This document shows, one piece after another, positions 59,701 through 64,000 of a stretch of DNA of 64,000 nucleotides. The position numbers were made by a program, and so were the translations under genes. Position 1 is the first letter of the stretch. Every line of letters starts with the position of its first letter. A model generated the notes under the pieces. That model saw only the letters and a program-made list of their open reading frames with translations, was not told the DNA's origin and made no database searches. This DNA comes from Hydrolagus colliei (Eukaryota), in contig CM068748.1 in the NCBI GenBank assembly GCA_035084275.1, positions 6,510,001 through 6,574,000 of the forward strand, given 5' to 3'.

Positions 59701-60958
59701 CAATGCAACATAATTTAGTGAACTTTCCCTCCAATTTCTTTCCTTTATCCTCTTCTGAAAGTGTCCACACACAAGTAGGGTAGGAATTCACCTGTGCTTA
59801 TGACCAGAAGACCATGCATGAATGGACACGTGTATACCTGGGATAGTTAGTTAGAAAGTATTGGAGTAGGTAATGCATCAGAGAATCATTATTATATTTT
59901 AAAGCAAAACCTTTCTTTTTCTTTTTACAGGTCAAGTGTTTAGTTCAATTGACTCTCAATGCAAAGTTAGTGTTGTTATCTATTGGATAACTTATGTTAA
60001 ATTAGACACACTTTTTGTACAATACGATCTGAACATTTTCCAAGGCCAATCATACAAAATGGCTTCTGCGAGTTGAAGCATTAAGGAGAACCTGGGTGCA
60101 CTAATGATAATGGTCACAGGTATTAAAGGTCCAAAAGTTGGTATGATATTGAAGTGCTGTATCAAAAGCTTTTAAATCCTCTTCCCTCCACCCTCACCAA
60201 TATAATTTTTAAAAGATCCCAGGTAGCAAACCCATACGGGCCCCATATGGGACAAATTGGGTTGATCCATGCCCATATGGGCCCCACATGGGCTTGCTAC
60301 CTGGGATGTTCTCTTCTGACTTTCCCCTGCCATCCCCTCCCTACCATCATTCACCAAACCGTGAAGAAACCCAGGCCTCTGCCAGTGTTATTCTTGATCA
60401 AGCCAGAGATTTGTCATCACAGCTCTGGGTAACTTTCCAGGTATCTCCCTCTGCCCCTCCCACCACCCCATCGTTTTGCACAAAGCGGCACCTGCCGCCT
60501 ACTTATCACTCATCACGTCAGAAGGAGGAGATCTGAAAAAACACTCAGATTAAAAACAAAATACTTGCACTGAGGAAAACACCAGGTTCAAAGGAGAGAA
60601 TACAATTTCCACAGCAGCTGATCCCGAGCAAGATTTAAAATAGACAGTGCCACATCGCAGAGAAATTGGCTTCTCTGTCAAGAATTGTGAAAGAGGTGCC
60701 ACGAAACTGCGAAGCTACTAATTGGAACATTTAGATGATCTACTGCAGTAACAGGTCAGCATGAGATTCAATGGCCACCACAAAAGATAAACCAAAAGAC
60801 AAAGTAACTATTGGTAGTCAATGGCGTAACCAACCAAAATTTTAAAAAGCAATTGTTAATCATTGCAAAAATGGGGCTGCAAAAATCAATACTATATTTG
60901 ACAAACAAATGCTAAATATTAAATAATTCTTTACCTCTTCGCCGCCCAAATGTCCTTG
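41901..60958 (-). CDS. CPEB3: Cytoplasmic polyadenylation element-binding protein 3, 3' part of CDS (microexon, RRM1, RRM2, ZZ domain); 5' exons outside window
   Basis: Minus-strand exons 60935-60958, 58808-58975, 58615-58704, 49732-49850, 48902-49016, 48389-48570, 41901-42128, all GT-AG and in frame. Peptides include RYSRKVFVGGLPPDIDE, GYAFLLFQEESSVQAL, VQIRPWNLSDSDF and CDECQGARCGGKFAPFFC. The C-terminus RPRHVPFRWS* is CPEB3-type, and BTAF1 is its neighbour as in human. Confidence 0.95.
44709..44921. mobile_element. Tigger/pogo-type MITE (short derivative)
   Basis: TA|CAGTAAAATCCCATTTATCCGGCAC...GTGCCGGATAAATAGGTTTCTACTG|TA. Confidence 0.85.
50405..50741 (-). mobile_element. Same SINE family, near full length
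   Basis: Reverse-strand tRNA-like head (GGAATTGAACCCGGGTC on +) and (AAT)n CCTTGCAC tail. Confidence 0.75.
50744..50793. repeat. Compound microsatellite (CT)n(AT)n(AG)n
   Basis: Read directly from the sequence; self-complementary. Confidence 0.9.
53077..53345 (-). mobile_element. Same SINE family, well preserved
   Basis: Reverse complement of the Deu core (GCGGCAGCCAATTGCGTACAGCAATGTCCCACAAAC) and of the tail (AATAATAATCCTTACATTTGATATAGCG). Confidence 0.8.
60218..60305. mobile_element. 88-bp palindromic MITE-like element (CCCAG...CTGGG ends, 2-bp AT flanks)
   Basis: 34-nt arms with 4 mismatches: CCCAGGTAGCAAACCCATACGGGCCCCATATGGG ... CCCATATGGGCCCCACATGGGCTTGCTACCTGGG. Confidence 0.7.
60935..60958 (-). 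CDS. CPEB3: 24-nt (8-codon) CPEB3 microexon encoding xRTFGRRR(G)
   Basis: Minus strand reads cctcttttctctctttgtttacatgcag|CAAGGACATTTGGGCGGCGAAGAG|gtaaag. It is phase 1-1, joins in frame to GRSSLFP, and matches the CPEB2/3/4 8-aa alternative exon (ARTYGRRR-like). Confidence 0.9.
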
Positions 60959-61869
60959 CTGCATGTAAACAAAGAGAGAAAAGAGGTGTTTCCTGTCACT
61001 GTAAATCTTTTAAAATATTGTACACTTGCCAATGAATACTAAAAATTATTAGGTATGCACAGCAAGTTTCGTAGACACGTTTGTTCATTATTAGGACTCT
61101 ACCTTATGTAGACCATAAACTCCCCAAAAATTAACAAGTATGAATTGTTCGTGCAACATACCAATGTTCCATTGGTCAGTAGGGTACTTTCCTCACTTTC
61201 CCCAGGAAACCATTTTATTTTATTTTCTCCTTTAATTGGGTCTGCTCCAGCACAGAGTTTTCTGTGATGGAGTTTATGAAATAAAAATATTTACCCACGT
61301 TTGTATTGTATTAATAAACATTCATAAGGAATGGCAGATCCAGAATTAAATATATTCTGCTGTTTTTTGTCTGTAGTGGATTCTGGGATTTAGCACTCAA
61401 ACCGTTCAAATTTTTATCAGGAAATTGTGTTCTTAGTTTTTTTTTGTGTGTAGCCAACCTCAATGCACAAAGATGGCTCAGGTATTCTTGCAAAGCTACA
61501 TGTTGTTTGTGATCCACACAATACTTCTATTCCCACCCCCCCACCCACACTCACATTATTGTGAAGGTGCTGATTCATTTATAGTCACCAAATCATATTC
61601 AGTATTGTACTAAATTTGCTAAGAAAGTGTCAGGCCAGAATCATTTCTTTCTTTATAAGGAATGAGGAAGATCTTTATAAATGGTAGCTCCCATCTCTGA
61701 CAGAAAGCTAATACTTTGGTCCTCATTAATATACAGAGGCATAAAATAAAATATCCTTTTTAAAATAGGATTGTATCCAATTTGATTAAAACCTGATACA
61801 AACATCAGGTTCAATGGTAAAGAAAGCAAATTACACACTCAGAAGAATCCAAGTACCAATGATTGAGAA

Positions 61870-62033
61870 GCTATTAATAATCTCAATCCACGACTGTTTG
61901 TGGGACACTGCTGTGCGCAATTGGCTCCCGCGTTCCACCTACAAATAGGCAATCCACTTTACAGTATATTCTGTGAGGCGTTTTGAGACATCACAGTAGA
62001 TGTGAAAAGCGCTATATGAAATACAAAGCTTAT
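61870..62033 (+). mobile_element. SINE 3' fragment
   Basis: CTGTTTGTGGGACACTGCTGTGCGCAATTGGCT core followed by GTGAAAAGCGCTATAT tail. Confidence 0.75.
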
Positions 62034-62666
62034 TCCAAATATGAACAAGGGTTTCTACATCCTGGGACATGTGACGTCCTCCTGACGGGAAAGGCGCTCT
62101 TTAAATGTACTTTTGTTGTTGTTGTACATCAAGATTCTACATATGAAGGATCAATAGTTTAAACTTTTATCTCACTATCTGCTGCATTCTGGATAGTATC
62201 ATCACATCTGCTGACAACCGGGATCCTATTAGCATATTGCATTATGAGTCACTTCAACATTGTGTCAAGGTGTGACCAGGCTCACAAAAAACAGTGAGCA
62301 TATAGTTGTACTGTATCTAGGAATCAATCATTCACCACAGACTTAGAATTATATATCTTAGTGCAAAACACAATTATTGAAAATAGGAAAATCAGTTGAT
62401 TACCACTTTGAAATACAAGTATATTACTATATTAGCACCAAATCTTCAATAGAGCTCTACACAGTTATTTTTAGAAAAATCCATGTGGAAGATAATTTTT
62501 ACTCATTAGTTTAGTTTGGATCTAGCATTTCTCCATATTTATATGAAAGTTGATCCAATTCTGCATAATTTATCAAGCAGTTTATTAAAATCAAAATCTT
62601 GCAATACATTTTTTGTTGTGTGAAATCCATCACAATCACATCAAATAGTATAAATCACAGAACTAA

Positions 62667-62791
62667 TCATGGTATGGGGACAGGGCGGGTAAATGGAATT
62701 AGGATAGAAGATCAGCCAAGATCGTATTAAATGGTGGGCAGGCTCGAGGGGCCGAATGGCCTATTCCTGCTCCTACTTCTGATGTTCTTAT
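62667..62791 (+). mobile_element. CR1-family LINE 3' end of the type common in cartilaginous fish
   Basis: GATCAGCCAAGATCGTATTAAATGG...GGCTCGAGGGGCCGAATGGCCTATTCCTGCTCCTACTTCTGATGTTCTTAT. Confidence 0.75.
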
Positions 62792-64000
62792 TTAAATGGT
62801 AAGACAATAGTAAATCAAAATATACTAGATCAAATTTCATTAGTATGTAAATACAACGAATTTTGAAATGCAATTGTAAATTTTGTTGTAACTAACAAAA
62901 CAATATAGCTACTCAGAAACTCTCCTTATCAGTATACAACAGATGACAGGAAACTTAACTGAATACAGGTAGTATGAGAATATTTAACAAATACATGTTT
63001 AGGAAAAAATAACGAAGAGCCCATCTCTTACTGTCAAAACTAAAACAAAGTTATGAAAGCTCTAAATTGAATATATCTTGAGGTTTCATTTCTTTTAGTT
63101 GCTGATGGAAAGCATTTTAACAGCATCTATGAATTCACATGTTTTTCAGAGGTGACTCGTGATCTTAGAAACCTCAAAATTTGATAAGAAAACATTACAT
63201 TTTAAGAGCCATCTCACCATCATCTAATTATCAATTGAAAAAAAGTCTCAATTTACTCAGCACTAAAAGGAAATAAATCTCACACTTATCCCTTCACACA
63301 GCAGGCAACACATATATAAATAGTCTGAGACAGGCAAGCAATTACATCAAATGTGTGGAAAACATTTCCACACTTCACAATCCATTTAAATGGAATTACA
63401 CATACATTCCAGAACACCTGGTTTAATGTCTTGTTCAGAATACTTCTCCCTTTTGTTAAAGGAAAAACTGACTCACAAACATTGGACTTAAGCTGTTTCT
63501 AGTCCTTTTCACTTCTAAGAAAGAATTGAGCGTAATCCCATTAGGGGACTGACACTGAAACTGATTCAGGCTTTAGTTTATATGTGGAGAAAAAGCACCA
63601 GCACTGAATGTGGGCATCATGACAATAAAGCAACTTTTGGGGTAACATTCCACCCATGTCTAGATTTTTTTCCACCCAAGTTGCATTTTAGAAACATCTA
63701 GAATTGATGAATTCAGTCTCTGCTTTGAAGCCGGTTCTGTGCAGTTCTTAGAATAACTTGAACAGAAAAGATCTTCAGAGTTTAGAGTTAGTTTGCTAAA
63801 TTCTGGACACTCTTAGATGATAAGAGTGAATCGAATCATGGAGAAATGTTACTCCCTCCCCTCGGGCGTCTTGCTGTCCCTTGCATCTTTGAATGCAGGT
63901 GTGATCTCATTGCACACATGACGTGTCAATGCTTTAATTGTGAATGTTTTCTGGATTGCCAGTGGCTTTTATTTAAGGCTTGGTTCCAGGCAGGCCCCAG

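Noticed and set aside
60645-60720. HDV/CPEB3-ribozyme-like fragment on the - strand: TTCAC (L3-like), stem CAGAGAA/TTCTCTG (P4-like) followed by CGAT, and quasi-palindromic GTGGCAC pair (P2-like)
   Set aside because: P3 and P1 cannot be formed, the spacer is too short and J4/2 is CGAT rather than CGAA, so it is better explained as a simple hairpin. The mammalian ribozyme sits in an upstream intron that probably lies beyond 64000.
63908-63931. C-bulged hairpin CATTG-C-ACAC-ATGAC-GTGT-CAATG resembling an iron-responsive element
   Set aside because: The loop is not CAGWGH, the upper stem is 4 bp, and the site is intronic.

Overview
Vertebrate genomic DNA, very probably from a cartilaginous fish (likely a chimaera), judging from the DeuSINE/L2, shark-type CR1 and Penelope-like repeats. 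It holds two convergent genes in the same arrangement as human 10q23. (1) A complete BTAF1 on the + strand: 38 coding exons, ATG 324 to TAA 32785, 1846 aa by my exon sum, with one U12-type intron and one GC-AG intron. (2) The 3' part of CPEB3 on the - strand: a 24-nt microexon, the RRM1/RRM2/ZZ exons and a ~3-4 kb 3'UTR; the 5' exons lie beyond 64000. The introns carry Tigger/pogo MITEs (one inserted in a splice donor), hAT elements with 8-bp TSDs (one with a C-rich minisatellite), SINE/LINE fragments, a degenerate Penelope-type hammerhead remnant and several palindromes. I looked by eye for the mammalian CPEB3 HDV-like ribozyme and found no intact copy; its host intron is probably outside the window. 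The most unusual unexplained items are a CpG-rich self-complementary intronic element with twister-like motifs (about 53770-54090) and candidate unannotated CPEB3 exons. All of this is read by eye and needs computational confirmation.
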